A stretch of 64,000 bases of DNA from Octopus vulgaris (lineage: Eukaryota). The stretch is from assembly GCA_951406725.2 (NCBI GenBank), contig OX597817.1, forward strand, positions 94,364,001-94,428,000, read 5' to 3'. The notes under the pieces are model-generated. The model was not told where the DNA came from, searched no databases, and was given only the letters and a program-made list of their open reading frames with translations. This document shows, piece by piece, positions 63,871 through 64,000 of the stretch (its first letter is position 1; each line of letters begins with the position of its first letter). The translations under genes and the position numbers were made by a program.

Positions 63871-64000
63871 TTCATTGTTTTCGTCGTGTAACGTCTGTCG
63901 TTTCGCTTTCCTGGAGGGCTTTTGACAAATTCTCGTTTATTAGAAAGTCAACACGGCCAACTGGGCGTATTTTTGGATTCTCTGGGCTTTCCAGTCAAGA

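Overview
AT-rich, microsatellite-saturated eukaryotic DNA made almost entirely of nested transposon remnants. The repeat content is most consistent with an octopod cephalopod (inference from tRNA-derived SINE types and repeat style). No intact host gene is visible; two candidate + strand exons (23301-23326, 61756-61892) suggest the window may be intronic. DNA transposons: two full-length decayed mariners, a full-length hAT-Buster with TIRs and TSD, and hAT-Tip100, Tigger/pogo, maT/Tc1, piggyBac and Helitron remnants. Retroelements: a full-length decayed Tx1 LINE, several R4/Dong LINE pieces, many SINEs, and two nearly complete Penelope-like elements (PLEs), one Naiad-like with pLTRs and one Neptune-like. 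The main hidden signal, not visible in the ORF track, is a dense set of about 11 recognisable minimal type I hammerhead ribozyme (HHR) motifs plus several decayed ones, on both strands and from at least 8 different sequence contexts. Most have the palindromic or near-palindromic helix III typical of PLE ribozymes. They sit in PLE pLTRs and in short non-coding, (TA)n-flanked, sometimes permuted or fold-back units that resemble non-autonomous PLEs or retrozymes. Several carry recurrent non-canonical cores (CCGANGA, UUGAUGA, UUGACAA). All structures were folded by eye; none is computationally or experimentally confirmed. Most long ORFs in the ORF track are microsatellite artefacts.
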